Source of the DNA: Acidimicrobiia bacterium
GTDB taxonomy: Bacteria > Actinomycetota > Acidimicrobiia > Acidimicrobiales > Aldehydirespiratoraceae
Assembly (NCBI GenBank): GCA_003231645.1
Contig: QIIW01000066.1
Location: forward strand, 4,094 to 68,093
Reading direction: 5' to 3'
DNA: 64,000 nt
Shown: in pieces, positions 35,071 through 44,848 of the stretch
How positions within the stretch are numbered: the first letter of the stretch is position 1
How the letters are laid out: the number at the start of each line of letters is the position of its first letter
Notes under the pieces: model-generated
The model's database searches: none
What the model was told of the DNA's origin: nothing
The model's input: the letters and a program-made list of their open reading frames with translations, nothing else
Made by a program: the position numbers and the translations under genes

Positions 35071-35483
35071 TGGCCGCAGTGACTCCGGCCCCCAGGCCCC
35101 GCACCTCACCGGCCACGGCTCGAAAGAGTGCCGAACTCAGGGTGGTCAGGGTCAACAACCGTGTACGGACGGTCGGCACCCTCGGCACCATCGTGGGGTC
35201 CTTCATGTTTCTGCTGCTGTTCATGCTTGCCGGCCTCCACGCCGTTCTCGTACAGACCCAGGCCACACTCGACTCCGTCGACGCCGAGATCTCGTCGCTG
35301 CAGGTTCAGCGAAACGAGGCGCTGGCCCAGCTCGCGTGGCACGATTCCCCCGACGGTCTGGCCGAGGCAGCCTCCAAAGCCGGCCTGGCCCTCGCCACCG
35401 ATGTCGAAACGCTTGCCCCCGTGGTGGAGGGTGACCTCATGCCGCCGGCCCGACCCGACCCGTTCGCCGGGGTGGTCGGGTGA
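35070..35483 (+). CDS. ftsL: cell division protein FtsL-like (single-pass membrane, coiled coil)
   Basis: It occupies the position between rsmH and ftsI. It has one TM helix (LGTIVGSFMFLLLFMLAGLHAVLV) followed by a coiled-coil segment. The ATG overlaps the rsmH TGA by 1 nt. Confidence 0.6.
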   Translation: MAAVTPAPRPRTSPATARKSAELRVVRVNNRVRTVGTLGTIVGSFMFLLLFMLAGLHAVLVQTQATLDSVDAEISSLQVQRNEALAQLAWHDSPDGLAEAASKAGLALATDVETLAPVVEGDLMPPARPDPFAGVVG

Positions 35484-37297
35484 GCGCCGTGAAGCGCCCG
35501 ACCACGAAGACACGAAAAGTCAGAGCTGTCCGACCGCATGTGGGAAGGGGCCGCGTCGTCGTCGTCGGCATCGTATCGGGGCTGGTGCTGGCCGGATTCA
35601 TGTGGCGGCTCGTCGATTTGCAACTGATGCCCGATCCGGAGCTGGCCTCGGGGATGGGCACCCGCATCGTCGAGCGATCGATTCGGGCACCCCGGGGTGA
35701 GATCCTCGATCGCCACGGCCGCCCGATGGCCCTCTCGCTTCCCGCCCCGACCGTGATCGCAGACCCCCGGCTGGTGCCCGCGGCACGTGTGCCCCAAATC
35801 GTCGCGGAACTCAGCCCCCTGCTTTCCACTTCCCCCGACGTATTGACTCGCCGCCTCAGCGGTGACGGCTACTTCGCCTACCTGGAACGACAGGTCGATC
35901 TCGACGTTGGAAAGAAGGTCGACGCCCTGGATCTTCCCGGAATCTCCACGATCGAGGAATCGCGGCGTGACCACCCCAATGGCGACTGTTCGGGTATCGC
36001 CGTGGTCGGCCGGGTCGACGTGGACAACAACGGGATCAGCGGGCTCGAGGAGCAGTACAACCGATCACTCATCGGCATCGACGGCCAGGTGTTCAGCGAA
36101 TCGAGCGCCAACGGTCGAAACACCATCCCGGGCGGTACCCGGGTGGTTGACGCCGCCCGGCCCGGGAGCGACCTCACCCTCACCCTCGACCGCAACATCC
36201 AGTTCCAGGCCGAGAAGCTGCTCACCGATGCGGTCGTCAAGACCGGCGGTGATCTCGGGATCATCATCATCACGGTGCCGACCACCGGTGAGATCGTCGC
36301 CATGGCCAATGTGAAACGGAACAAGACCACCGGCGAAGTCGGATGCACCACCACCAATCTCGGGGCGATCTGGACCTACGAACCCGGATCGGTGATGAAG
36401 CCGTTCACCGTGTCGAGCCTCATCGAAGGCAATCCCGCGCTCGCGTCGGAGCCGATCGAGGTTCCGTACTCGATCACCCGCGACGACGGAGCCTCGGGAA
36501 AGGTGTTCCGGGACTACTGGGTGCATGACACCGAACAGATGTCGCTCACGGACATAATCTCGAAGTCATCGAATGTAGGTGCGATTCTCGTCGGCGAGAA
36601 GGTGGGCCCCGATCAACTCCACAGCACGCTCGTCGACATGGGTTTCGGTAGTCGCACCGCACTCGGTTTCAAGGGTGAGGCCAGTGGCATCCTGAACAGG
36701 CTCGACATTAATTCTCTCGCCCTCGCCAACGTGTCGATTGGTCAGGGCATAGCGGTCTCGCCGTTGCAACTGATCAGCGCATACAACACCTTCGCGAACG
36801 GGGGCATCCAACCCGACCCGGTCATCGTGATGGACGATGCAGGGGGAGCGGGGCGACGAGTCCTCAGCTCCACCTCGGCCGAAAGGGTGCTCTCCATGAT
36901 ACGACAGGTCGTGGTCGACGGAACCGGTACCAGGGCCGCGATCCCCGGCTATGACGTAGCGGGCAAGACCGGCACCGCGTGGCAGCCGTGCTCGGTCGAG
37001 TTCGGTTACCTCTGCCAAGGCGGCGGTCGACACTACTCGGCCACGTTCGCGGGAATTGTGAGCAACGACAAGGGCCCGGCCCTCTCGGCCGTGGTCATCA
37101 TCGACAACCCCCAGAAGGCCCTCGGCCCGTACGCCGGCGGTTCGGTGTCGGCCCCGATCTTCAAGGAGATCGTCTCCTACGCGCTGCGCCAGTTGCGGGT
37201 CGCACCGGTTGGCGACCCCGGCGTCCCCCAGGACCGTGTGCGGGCTCAGCCGGCCACCCAGCCGATCGTGCCCACTCCCACCCAGGCCGCGTCGTGA
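35480..37297 (+). CDS. ftsI: class B penicillin-binding protein / peptidoglycan D,D-transpeptidase
   Basis: An N-terminal TM anchor, then SVMKPFT (SxxK), SSN and KTGTA motifs. There is a GTGA overlap with ftsL. Confidence 0.9.
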   Translation: MSAVKRPTTKTRKVRAVRPHVGRGRVVVVGIVSGLVLAGFMWRLVDLQLMPDPELASGMGTRIVERSIRAPRGEILDRHGRPMALSLPAPTVIADPRLVPAARVPQIVAELSPLLSTSPDVLTRRLSGDGYFAYLERQVDLDVGKKVDALDLPGISTIEESRRDHPNGDCSGIAVVGRVDVDNNGISGLEEQYNRSLIGIDGQVFSESSANGRNTIPGGTRVVDAARPGSDLTLTLDRNIQFQAEKLLTDAVVKTGGDLGIIIITVPTTGEIVAMANVKRNKTTGEVGCTTTNLGAIWTYEPGSVMKPFTVSSLIEGNPALASEPIEVPYSITRDDGASGKVFRDYWVHDTEQMSLTDIISKSSNVGAILVGEKVGPDQLHSTLVDMGFGSRTALGFKGEASGILNRLDINSLALANVSIGQGIAVSPLQLISAYNTFANGGIQPDPVIVMDDAGGAGRRVLSSTSAERVLSMIRQVVVDGTGTRAAIPGYDVAGKTGTAWQPCSVEFGYLCQGGGRHYSATFAGIVSNDKGPALSAVVIIDNPQKALGPYAGGSVSAPIFKEIVSYALRQLRVAPVGDPGVPQDRVRAQPATQPIVPTPTQAAS

Positions 37298-38703
37298 CGT
37301 GTTCTCTTAGCGAGGTGACAGCGGTTCTCGCTTCGATGGTCACCGAGACGACCGGCACCGCGACCACGATCGCCGATGTCGAACACGATTCACGTCGGGT
37401 CGGGCCATCGACCCTGTTCGCATGCATCCCGGGAGAGGTGACCGACGGTCACCTCCACGCCGAATCGGCGATCGACGCCGGGGCCGTCGCCCTTCTCACC
37501 GAGCGTCGGCTCGGGCTCGGGGTCGCCGAGGTCGTGGTCGAGTCGGTCCGCCGGGCGATTGGTCCCGCGGCGGCGATCGTCTACGGGAATCCCAGCCGCG
37601 ATCTCGATGTCGTCGGCATCACCGGCACCAACGGCAAGACCACCACGGCGAGACTGCTCGTCGGTGTACTCCGCCGGCTCGGTGGGTCCGTCCACGAGAT
37701 CGGCACCCTGACCGGAGTCCGTACCACACCCGAGGCCCCGGAACTGCAACGCGAACTCGCATCGTCGGTGACCCGAGGAGACTCGGCCGTGGCGATGGAG
37801 GTGTCTTCGCACGCTCTCGATCTCCACCGTGTCGACGGCACCCGCTTCCGTGTGGTGGCCTTCACCAACCTCGGTATGGATCATCTGGACCACCACGGCA
37901 CCCTCGAGGCCTACTTCGACGCCAAGGCGATGCTCTTCACCCCCGAGATGGCCGACTTCGCGGTCATCGACGGCAGCACCCAGGCCGGCGAGGAACTGGC
38001 TCGTCGGTGTGAGGTTCCGTCACTGATCATCCAACGCGACAGCGTGAAAATCGTCGAGTCGGGCCCGCGTACCGCGTCCTTTCGGTGGAGAGGGACTCTC
38101 GTCGATCTGCCTCTCGGCGGGGCGTTCAATGTCGCCAACGCGGTGCTTGCCGCGGAGATCGCGGTGGCCCTGGGCCATGACGTGGGCGACATCGTCGGCG
38201 CTCTCGCTGCGAGTGAGTCGGTCCCGGGTCGGTTCGAGAGCATCGACGAGGGCCAGGACTACACGGTGATCGTCGACTACGCCCACACCCCCGACGGGCT
38301 GGCCGCCGTGCTCGAGACGGCGCGAATGGTGACCGACGGAAAGCTGGTGGTGGTGTTCGGCGCGGGAGGCGACCGCGACACCGGGAAGCGTCCCCGCATG
38401 GGCGAGATCGCGCAGCGATGGTCCGATCGGGTGGTCGTGACGAGTGACAATCCGCGAAGCGAAGATCCCTCGGCGATTATCTCTGCCATCGTGTCGGGCA
38501 TGGGTCACCCTCCCGAATTGATCGAGCCCGACCGGCGTTCCGCAATCCGGCACGCATTGGCCGGGGCTCGTCGAGGGGATCTGGTGCTCATCGCCGGCAA
38601 GGGGCACGAAACGACCCAGACGGTCGGCGACGAGGTCCTCGATTTCGACGACCGTCAGGTTGTACGTGAGGAACTGGCCCGGCAGGCGAGGAGGGCCTCG
38701 TGA
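37294..38703 (+). CDS. murE: UDP-N-acetylmuramoyl-L-alanyl-D-glutamate--2,6-diaminopimelate ligase
   Basis: GITGTNGKTTTARL P-loop, and SDNPRSEDP (the DNPR motif associated with meso-DAP-adding MurE). The start is trimmed to GTG 37294 (GTGA overlap with ftsI). Confidence 0.9.
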   Translation: MTCSLSEVTAVLASMVTETTGTATTIADVEHDSRRVGPSTLFACIPGEVTDGHLHAESAIDAGAVALLTERRLGLGVAEVVVESVRRAIGPAAAIVYGNPSRDLDVVGITGTNGKTTTARLLVGVLRRLGGSVHEIGTLTGVRTTPEAPELQRELASSVTRGDSAVAMEVSSHALDLHRVDGTRFRVVAFTNLGMDHLDHHGTLEAYFDAKAMLFTPEMADFAVIDGSTQAGEELARRCEVPSLIIQRDSVKIVESGPRTASFRWRGTLVDLPLGGAFNVANAVLAAEIAVALGHDVGDIVGALAASESVPGRFESIDEGQDYTVIVDYAHTPDGLAAVLETARMVTDGKLVVVFGAGGDRDTGKRPRMGEIAQRWSDRVVVTSDNPRSEDPSAIISAIVSGMGHPPELIEPDRRSAIRHALAGARRGDLVLIAGKGHETTQTVGDEVLDFDDRQVVREELARQARRAS

Positions 38704-39731
38704 CCCGGCTTCTCACCGCAGCAGCGTTGTCGATGATCGTGTCGCTGTTCGGCACCAAGGCTCTCATCGTGTGGCTGGCGCGTCTCCGGATCGGCCAGCC
38801 CATACGCGATGACGGCCCCGAGGGCCATCAGACCAAGGCCGGCACACCCACCATGGGCGGCGTCGCGATCGTCGCCGGTGCCGTCGTCGGTTACATCGCG
38901 TCGGACGTGTTCGGTGGTATCTACACCCGCAGCGGAATCCTCGTGATGCTGGCCATCATCGGTGGCGGGGCGGTGGGTCTCATGGATGACTGGATCAAGG
39001 TCGTGGCCGCCCGCAATCTCGGCTTGAGCAAGCGGGCCAAGATGCTCGGCCTACTGGTTGTCGCCGTCGGATTCGCCGTCCTGCTGGACCGGTACACATC
39101 GGTGCACACCACGATCTCGTTCACCCGATTCGACAATCCCGGCTGGAATCTGGGCCATGTCGTCTGGACGGTGTGGGCGGTGCTCCTGCTGGTGGGAACG
39201 GCGAACGCGGTCAACCTGACCGATGGCCTCGACGGCCTGGCGGCGGGCGCGGCGGCGTTCGCGTTCGCGGCGTTCACTTTCATCGGATTCTGGCAGTTCC
39301 GCCACGAGGATGTCTACCTGGTGAGCCACGCCCTCGACCTGGCAGTGGTCAGCGCCGCCATGATCGGCGGGATCATCGGGTTCCTCTGGTGGAACGCCGC
39401 GCCGGCCCAGATTTTCATGGGTGACACCGGGTCGTTGGCCATCGGCACCGGGCTGGCAGCTCTCGCGTTGGCCACCAACACGCAACTCCTGCTTCCGATC
39501 ATCGCCGGCCTCTTCGTGATGGAAACCGTTTCGGTGATCATCCAGGTTCTGTGGTTCAAGCGTTTCCATCGACGGGTCTTCAAGATGGCACCCATTCATC
39601 ACCACTTCGAGCTGGCCGGCTGGCCGGAGACCACGGTGATCGTCCGGCTCTGGATCGTGTCGGGGTTGTGCACCGCGGTTGGTCTCGGATTGTTCTACGC
39701 CGACGCGATCAAGGCCGGCTTCACGGCATGA
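38700..39731 (+). CDS. mraY: phospho-N-acetylmuramoyl-pentapeptide transferase
   Basis: Polytopic membrane protein with NAVNLTDGLDGLAAG, and PTMGG near the N-terminus. There is a GTGA overlap with murE. Confidence 0.92.
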   Translation: MTRLLTAAALSMIVSLFGTKALIVWLARLRIGQPIRDDGPEGHQTKAGTPTMGGVAIVAGAVVGYIASDVFGGIYTRSGILVMLAIIGGGAVGLMDDWIKVVAARNLGLSKRAKMLGLLVVAVGFAVLLDRYTSVHTTISFTRFDNPGWNLGHVVWTVWAVLLLVGTANAVNLTDGLDGLAAGAAAFAFAAFTFIGFWQFRHEDVYLVSHALDLAVVSAAMIGGIIGFLWWNAAPAQIFMGDTGSLAIGTGLAALALATNTQLLLPIIAGLFVMETVSVIIQVLWFKRFHRRVFKMAPIHHHFELAGWPETTVIVRLWIVSGLCTAVGLGLFYADAIKAGFTA

Positions 39732-41122
39732 ACGACGGCGCGAGGGGCCTCATCCTCGACCGCCCAGGCCGGTGGCTGCTCGTCGGCATGGGAGTCACCA
39801 ACCGGTCGGTGGCCGGTGCGCTGCTGCGACGTGGCCACACGGTGATCGCCGTCGATGACGGCCCTGATCAGCAGCTTCGCCGGGCCACCGAGGATCTCGG
39901 AATCGAGCTGGTCGAGGCTCCGTCGGCCGAACGGCTCGCCGACCTCGTCGTTGGTTCCGACATCGTGGTGCCCGCGCCGGGTCTGCCGGAATCGCACCCG
40001 GCGTTCTCCCTGGCCGACGCGACCGGTCGACCGGTGGTCGGGGAACTGGATCTCGCGGCGGCGTGGGATGACCGGCCGGTGGTCGCCATCACCGGAACCA
40101 ACGGAAAGACCACCGTGGTCGAGTTGGTGATCGATTGCCTGTCGCTCTCCGGAGTGAAGGCGGTGGCGGCCGGCAACACGGGGCTGCCGCTGGTCACCGC
40201 AATCGACGATCCGTCCACCGAGATGTTCGTCGTGGAGGCTTCGTCGTTTCGTCTGGCGCGGACCACCGAGTTCCGCCCCGATATTGCCACCTGGCTCAAC
40301 TTCGCCCCCGACCATCTCGACGTTCACACCGACCTCGACGCCTACGAGTCGGCCAAGGCGACCATCTGGGCACGGGCCGGCGCCTCGACCGTCGCGATAG
40401 CCAACATCGACGATCCGATCGTGATGTCCCATGTTCCGGGTATCGCCAACCTGGTGACCTTCGGTCTCCGTGACGCCGACTGGCACCTCGACGACGAACA
40501 GCGTCTGTGTGGGCCCGACGGACCGCTCATTGCCAGATCCGAACTCTGGCGGACTCTTCCCCACGACGTGACAGATGCCCTGGCGGCCGCGGCCACGGCA
40601 ATTGCCGCCGGTGCCGATCCCAGCGGCGTCACCGAGGCCTGCCGCTCGTTTTCCGGGCTGGCCCATCGCGTCAGCGCGGTGGCCACCATCGACGGGTCGA
40701 CGTTCTACGACGACTCGAAGGCCACGACGCCTCACGCCACGGTCTCGGCCCTTCAGGGGTTCGAGTCGGTGGTTCTCATCGCCGGCGGACGCAACAAGGA
40801 GATCGACCTGTCGTCGATCCTCGCCGGGGAGGACCACATCGCCGCCGTCGTGGCGATCGGCGACGCCGCCGAGGACATCGCGCACGTCTTCGCACCGCAT
40901 TACCCGGTCGAGACCGCCTCCGACATGGACGACGCGGTTCGCCGGGCGGCACGGCTCGCCCGCGGCGGCCGCCCGGTCCTGCTCTCACCCGGCTGTGCAT
41001 CGTTCGATTGGTACCGGAACTACGGGGAGCGCGGTGACGACTTCGCTCGTGCGGTGAGGGATCTGGCCGAGGAATCGGGAGCCGGCTCGCCATCGGCCGA
41101 CACGAGCGAGGAGCGGCCATGA
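39728..41122 (+). CDS. murD: UDP-N-acetylmuramoylalanine--D-glutamate ligase
   Basis: VGMGVTNRSVAGALLRRGHTV (N-terminal Rossmann-like region) and VAITGTNGKTTVVEL. There is an ATGA overlap with mraY. Confidence 0.9.
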   Translation: MNDGARGLILDRPGRWLLVGMGVTNRSVAGALLRRGHTVIAVDDGPDQQLRRATEDLGIELVEAPSAERLADLVVGSDIVVPAPGLPESHPAFSLADATGRPVVGELDLAAAWDDRPVVAITGTNGKTTVVELVIDCLSLSGVKAVAAGNTGLPLVTAIDDPSTEMFVVEASSFRLARTTEFRPDIATWLNFAPDHLDVHTDLDAYESAKATIWARAGASTVAIANIDDPIVMSHVPGIANLVTFGLRDADWHLDDEQRLCGPDGPLIARSELWRTLPHDVTDALAAAATAIAAGADPSGVTEACRSFSGLAHRVSAVATIDGSTFYDDSKATTPHATVSALQGFESVVLIAGGRNKEIDLSSILAGEDHIAAVVAIGDAAEDIAHVFAPHYPVETASDMDDAVRRAARLARGGRPVLLSPGCASFDWYRNYGERGDDFARAVRDLAEESGAGSPSADTSEERP

Positions 41123-42321
41123 CCGCCACCCAGAGACGTTCGACCCGCCGGACGCAGAAGTCAGCGACCCGCACCCGTCACCCGACCGCGAAGGCGGCAC
41201 CTGGCGGACGGGGGCCACGGCGACCGGTCGGGCGCCGTACCCCGTTGTTCCTGGCCCTGTTCGTCACCACCACCGCGCTGGTCACCCTCGGGGTGATCAT
41301 GGTGCTCTCGGCGTCGGCGGCCGTCAGCATCGAGGACACCAACAGTGCGTGGAGCCTGTTCCTGCGCCAGCTCATGTGGACCTCGCTCGGGGCGGTGCTG
41401 CTGCTTGTCCTGATGCGGATCGACTATCGCGTGTGGCGCAAGGTGGCTCGCCCGGTAATGGCGCTGTGTGTCCTGTTGCTCGTGGCCGTGATCATCCCCG
41501 GCCTCGGGATCAAGGCCAACGGGGCGGCACGATGGCTCGGCGTCGGTTCGCTCACATTCCAGCCTTCGGAACTCGTAAAACTCACGCTGGTCCTGTTCGT
41601 GGCCGACATCCTCGCCCGGCCGGCGCGATCGATGGCGGACAACAGGTCGACGACCCGTCCCGTCGTGGTCGTCACCCTCGTCGTGGTCGTTCTCCTGATG
41701 CTCGAGCCTCACCTCGGGGCGACCATGATCGTCATGGCCATCGCCACGTCCATGCTGTTCCTGGCCGGTGCTCCGATTCGTCGCATGGCAGGTCTGGGAG
41801 CTGTCGTGGGGTCGATCGGATTCCTCGGCGTCATGGCCTCACCGTGGCGTCGTGATCGTCTGCTCGTGTTTCTTCATCCCGGTGCCGATCCCGATGGTGC
41901 CGGGTATCAGCCACTTCAGTCGTTGCACGCCATCACATCGGGTGGACTGAGTGGTGTGGGTTTGGGTGAGAGCCGGGCAAAGTGGGGGTTCCTTCCTTAT
42001 GCCCACACCGACTTCATCTTCGCCATCCTCGCCGAGGAGCTCGGCCTCATCGGGGCCACCTTCGTTGTCGGCTCCTTCGCGGTGATCGGTGTGGCCGGAT
42101 TCAAGACCGCACTTCGGGCCCCCGATCGTTTCGGGATGCTCCTGGCCGTCGGCATCACCACTTGGATCGTATTCCAGGCCGTTCTCAACATCGGCGCGGT
42201 GATGGCCGTACTGCCGGTCACCGGCGTGACGTTGCCCTTCATGTCGTTCGGTGGGTCGTCGGTCGTGATGACCATGGCCGCCATGGGAGTGCTGCTCAAC
42301 ATCGCCAGGCAGGGTCGTTGA
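41119..42321 (+). CDS. ftsW: SEDS-family peptidoglycan glycosyltransferase FtsW
   Basis: About 10 hydrophobic helices, plus FQPSELVKL and HTDFIFAILAEELGLIG motifs. There is an ATGA overlap with murD. Confidence 0.9.
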   Translation: MTATQRRSTRRTQKSATRTRHPTAKAAPGGRGPRRPVGRRTPLFLALFVTTTALVTLGVIMVLSASAAVSIEDTNSAWSLFLRQLMWTSLGAVLLLVLMRIDYRVWRKVARPVMALCVLLLVAVIIPGLGIKANGAARWLGVGSLTFQPSELVKLTLVLFVADILARPARSMADNRSTTRPVVVVTLVVVVLLMLEPHLGATMIVMAIATSMLFLAGAPIRRMAGLGAVVGSIGFLGVMASPWRRDRLLVFLHPGADPDGAGYQPLQSLHAITSGGLSGVGLGESRAKWGFLPYAHTDFIFAILAEELGLIGATFVVGSFAVIGVAGFKTALRAPDRFGMLLAVGITTWIVFQAVLNIGAVMAVLPVTGVTLPFMSFGGSSVVMTMAAMGVLLNIARQGR

Positions 42322-43469
42322 GTCCGCCGCGGGACACTTGGGCGGTCATCGCCGGTGGCGGCACCGCCGGCCACGTTCTCCCGGGGCTGGCGATAGCCGA
42401 AGAACTGGTGCGTCGGGGCCTGCCGCGGTCGGCCGTGCACTACGTCGGCAGCGCCCGTGGCATCGAGCAGAGGCTGGTGCCGGAGGCCGGATTTCCGCTG
42501 ACGGTTCTGCCCGGCCGGGGAATCCAGCGACGATTCTCTCTGGAGAACCTCCGTTCCGCGGCCGGTACCGTCTCGGCTCTGTTCACGTCAATCCGGCTGC
42601 TGAGGCGGGTCCGGCCATCGGTGGTGATCGGCCTCGGCGGCTACGCGTCGGTCCCGTGTGCGGTGGCCGCGGGGGTGCTGCGCATCCCCTTGGTGGTGGC
42701 CGAGCAGAACGCGGTCCCCGGGGCGGCCAACCGTCTGGCCGCCAGATTCGCGCGGGCGTGCGCGGTTTCGTTTCCCGCCACCAACCTGCCGCGATCCACG
42801 GTCACCGGCAATCCCGTGCGATCCGAGGTGCTGGCTGTCGACCGGGCGACGCAGAGACTGCGGGCCCGCGATACTCTGGGGGTCTCGGGTGACCGCGACT
42901 TTCTGGCCGTGTTCGGCGGGTCGCTCGGCGCCAGGCGGATCAACGAGGCGCTGTTCGAGGCTCTCCCCGGATGGAGTGGCCGCGGTGATCTGGCCATCCG
43001 ACACGTTGCCGGCACCCGCGACTACGACGACCTCGAGTCGCGGCTGTCGATCGGAACCGACGATGCACTCGCGTTCCGCCTGGTTCGATACGAGGACGAC
43101 ATGGCCTCGGTCTACGCTGCGGCCGATCTGGTGTTGTGCCGGGCTGGGGCCAGCTCGGTGGCCGAGTTGGCAGTGGCCGGGGTCCCGTCGATCCTGATTC
43201 CACTGCCGGGAGCGCCGGGCGACCACCAGACGGCCAACGCCCGGGCACTGGCCGGAGCAGGAGCAGCGGTGATGGTCCCCGATGCCGAACTCGACGGCGC
43301 CCGTCTGTCGGCCGAGGTCGAATCCCTGCTGGCCGACCGCCCGCGCCTTGCCGCCATGTCGAACGCAGCCGTCGGTTCGGCACGTCGCGACGCGGTGGCA
43401 GCGGTGGTCGATCTCGTCGTGGCCAACGCCGCAAGGCCGATTCCCGATTTCTCAGGAGGCGAATCGTGA
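42318..43469 (+). CDS. murG: UDP-N-acetylglucosamine--N-acetylmuramyl-(pentapeptide) pyrophosphoryl-undecaprenol GlcNAc transferase
   Basis: AGGGTAGHVLPGLAIAEEL, and RAGASSVAELAVAGVPSILIPLP...DHQTANA. The start is most likely TTG 42318 (TTGA overlap with ftsW). Confidence 0.88.
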   Translation: MSPPRDTWAVIAGGGTAGHVLPGLAIAEELVRRGLPRSAVHYVGSARGIEQRLVPEAGFPLTVLPGRGIQRRFSLENLRSAAGTVSALFTSIRLLRRVRPSVVIGLGGYASVPCAVAAGVLRIPLVVAEQNAVPGAANRLAARFARACAVSFPATNLPRSTVTGNPVRSEVLAVDRATQRLRARDTLGVSGDRDFLAVFGGSLGARRINEALFEALPGWSGRGDLAIRHVAGTRDYDDLESRLSIGTDDALAFRLVRYEDDMASVYAAADLVLCRAGASSVAELAVAGVPSILIPLPGAPGDHQTANARALAGAGAAVMVPDAELDGARLSAEVESLLADRPRLAAMSNAAVGSARRDAVAAVVDLVVANAARPIPDFSGGES

Positions 43470-44848
43470 CACCCGACCTGAGTGTTCCGCGTCGTGTTCA
43501 CGTCGTGGGTGCCGGTGGTGCCGGCATGGGGGCCATCGCCTCCGTTCTCCACTCGATGGGCCACACCGTCACCGGATCGGATCTCAAGGACGGTCCGGTG
43601 GTTCAACGACTGATCGCCGTGGGCATCCCGGTGAGTGTCGGCCATGAGGCACTCAACATCGGGGGCGCCGAGATGATCGCGATCAGCACGGCGATACCCG
43701 AATGGAACCCGGAGGTACGCGCCGCCCGCAAAGCCGGGGTGCCGGTGCTGCACCGAACCGAGATCCTCCCGGCCATCGCCGCCACCCGCCGCACCATCGC
43801 CGTGGCCGGAACCCACGGCAAGACCACCACGAGTTCCATGCTGTCGTTGGTACTCGTGGAGGCCAACATGGCCCCGTCATTCATCATCGGTGGTGATGTC
43901 AACGAGGTAGGCTCCGGCGCCGCGTGGGGCGAGGGCGAGTGGTTCGTCATCGAAGCCGATGAGTCCGACCGTACGTTCCTGTCGCTCGGCGCCGAGATCG
44001 CGCTCGTCACCAGCGTGGAACCGGATCATCTGGGCACCTACGGCAACGACCCCGAGGCGCTTCGCCGGGCGTTCCACCGGTTCGCCGGCGAGGCCGACAC
44101 CTGCATTGCCTGCATCGACGACCCGGGGGCCGCCGAAATCGCCTCCGGGGTGGGCGCGCTCACCTATGGCACCGACCCGGGCGCCGATCACCGAATGATC
44201 GACATCGACAGATCGCGTTCGAGCGTCTCGTTCACCCTCACCCATGACGGGGACGAACTCGTCAGGATCGATCTTCCGACCCCGGGTCTCCACAACGCCC
44301 GCAACGCCGCGGCGGCGGTCGTGGCCGGATTGTCGGTTGGAGCGCCGGTCGATGCGGCAGCACGGGCGCTGTCGAGGTTCGGCGGTGTGGCCCGGCGGTT
44401 CGAATTCCGGGGTGAGGCCGATGGGATCGTCTTCGTCGACGACTACGCCCACCTCCCGACCGAGATCGCCGCGGCGATATCGGCCGCCGAGGATGGTGAC
44501 TGGGATCGAGTCGTCTGCGTGTTCCAACCGCATCGATTCAGCCGCACCGCGGCACTGTGGCGGGATTTCGGCGGTGCATTCTCCGAAGCCGATCAACTGG
44601 TCGTCACCGAGATCTACCCGGCGGGGGAGACACCTCGACCCGGGATCACCGGAAAGCTCGTCGTTGACTCCGTGCTCGACGCCGACCCTCGATTCCCGGT
44701 CGCGTGGATGCCGCGTCTCGACGATGCCGCCGACTGGCTCGTGTCCCACCTGAGGCCGGGAGACCTCTGCCTCACGCTCGGGGCCGGTGACCTCACGGGA
44801 GTTCCCGACCTGCTGATCGAACGGATCGAGGCCAGGGGTTCGAGGTGA
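43466..44848 (+). CDS. murC: UDP-N-acetylmuramate--L-alanine ligase
   Basis: VHVVGAGGAGMGAIASVL and IAVAGTHGKTTTSSML. There is a GTGA overlap with murG. Confidence 0.9.
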   Translation: MTPDLSVPRRVHVVGAGGAGMGAIASVLHSMGHTVTGSDLKDGPVVQRLIAVGIPVSVGHEALNIGGAEMIAISTAIPEWNPEVRAARKAGVPVLHRTEILPAIAATRRTIAVAGTHGKTTTSSMLSLVLVEANMAPSFIIGGDVNEVGSGAAWGEGEWFVIEADESDRTFLSLGAEIALVTSVEPDHLGTYGNDPEALRRAFHRFAGEADTCIACIDDPGAAEIASGVGALTYGTDPGADHRMIDIDRSRSSVSFTLTHDGDELVRIDLPTPGLHNARNAAAAVVAGLSVGAPVDAAARALSRFGGVARRFEFRGEADGIVFVDDYAHLPTEIAAAISAAEDGDWDRVVCVFQPHRFSRTAALWRDFGGAFSEADQLVVTEIYPAGETPRPGITGKLVVDSVLDADPRFPVAWMPRLDDAADWLVSHLRPGDLCLTLGAGDLTGVPDLLIERIEARGSR

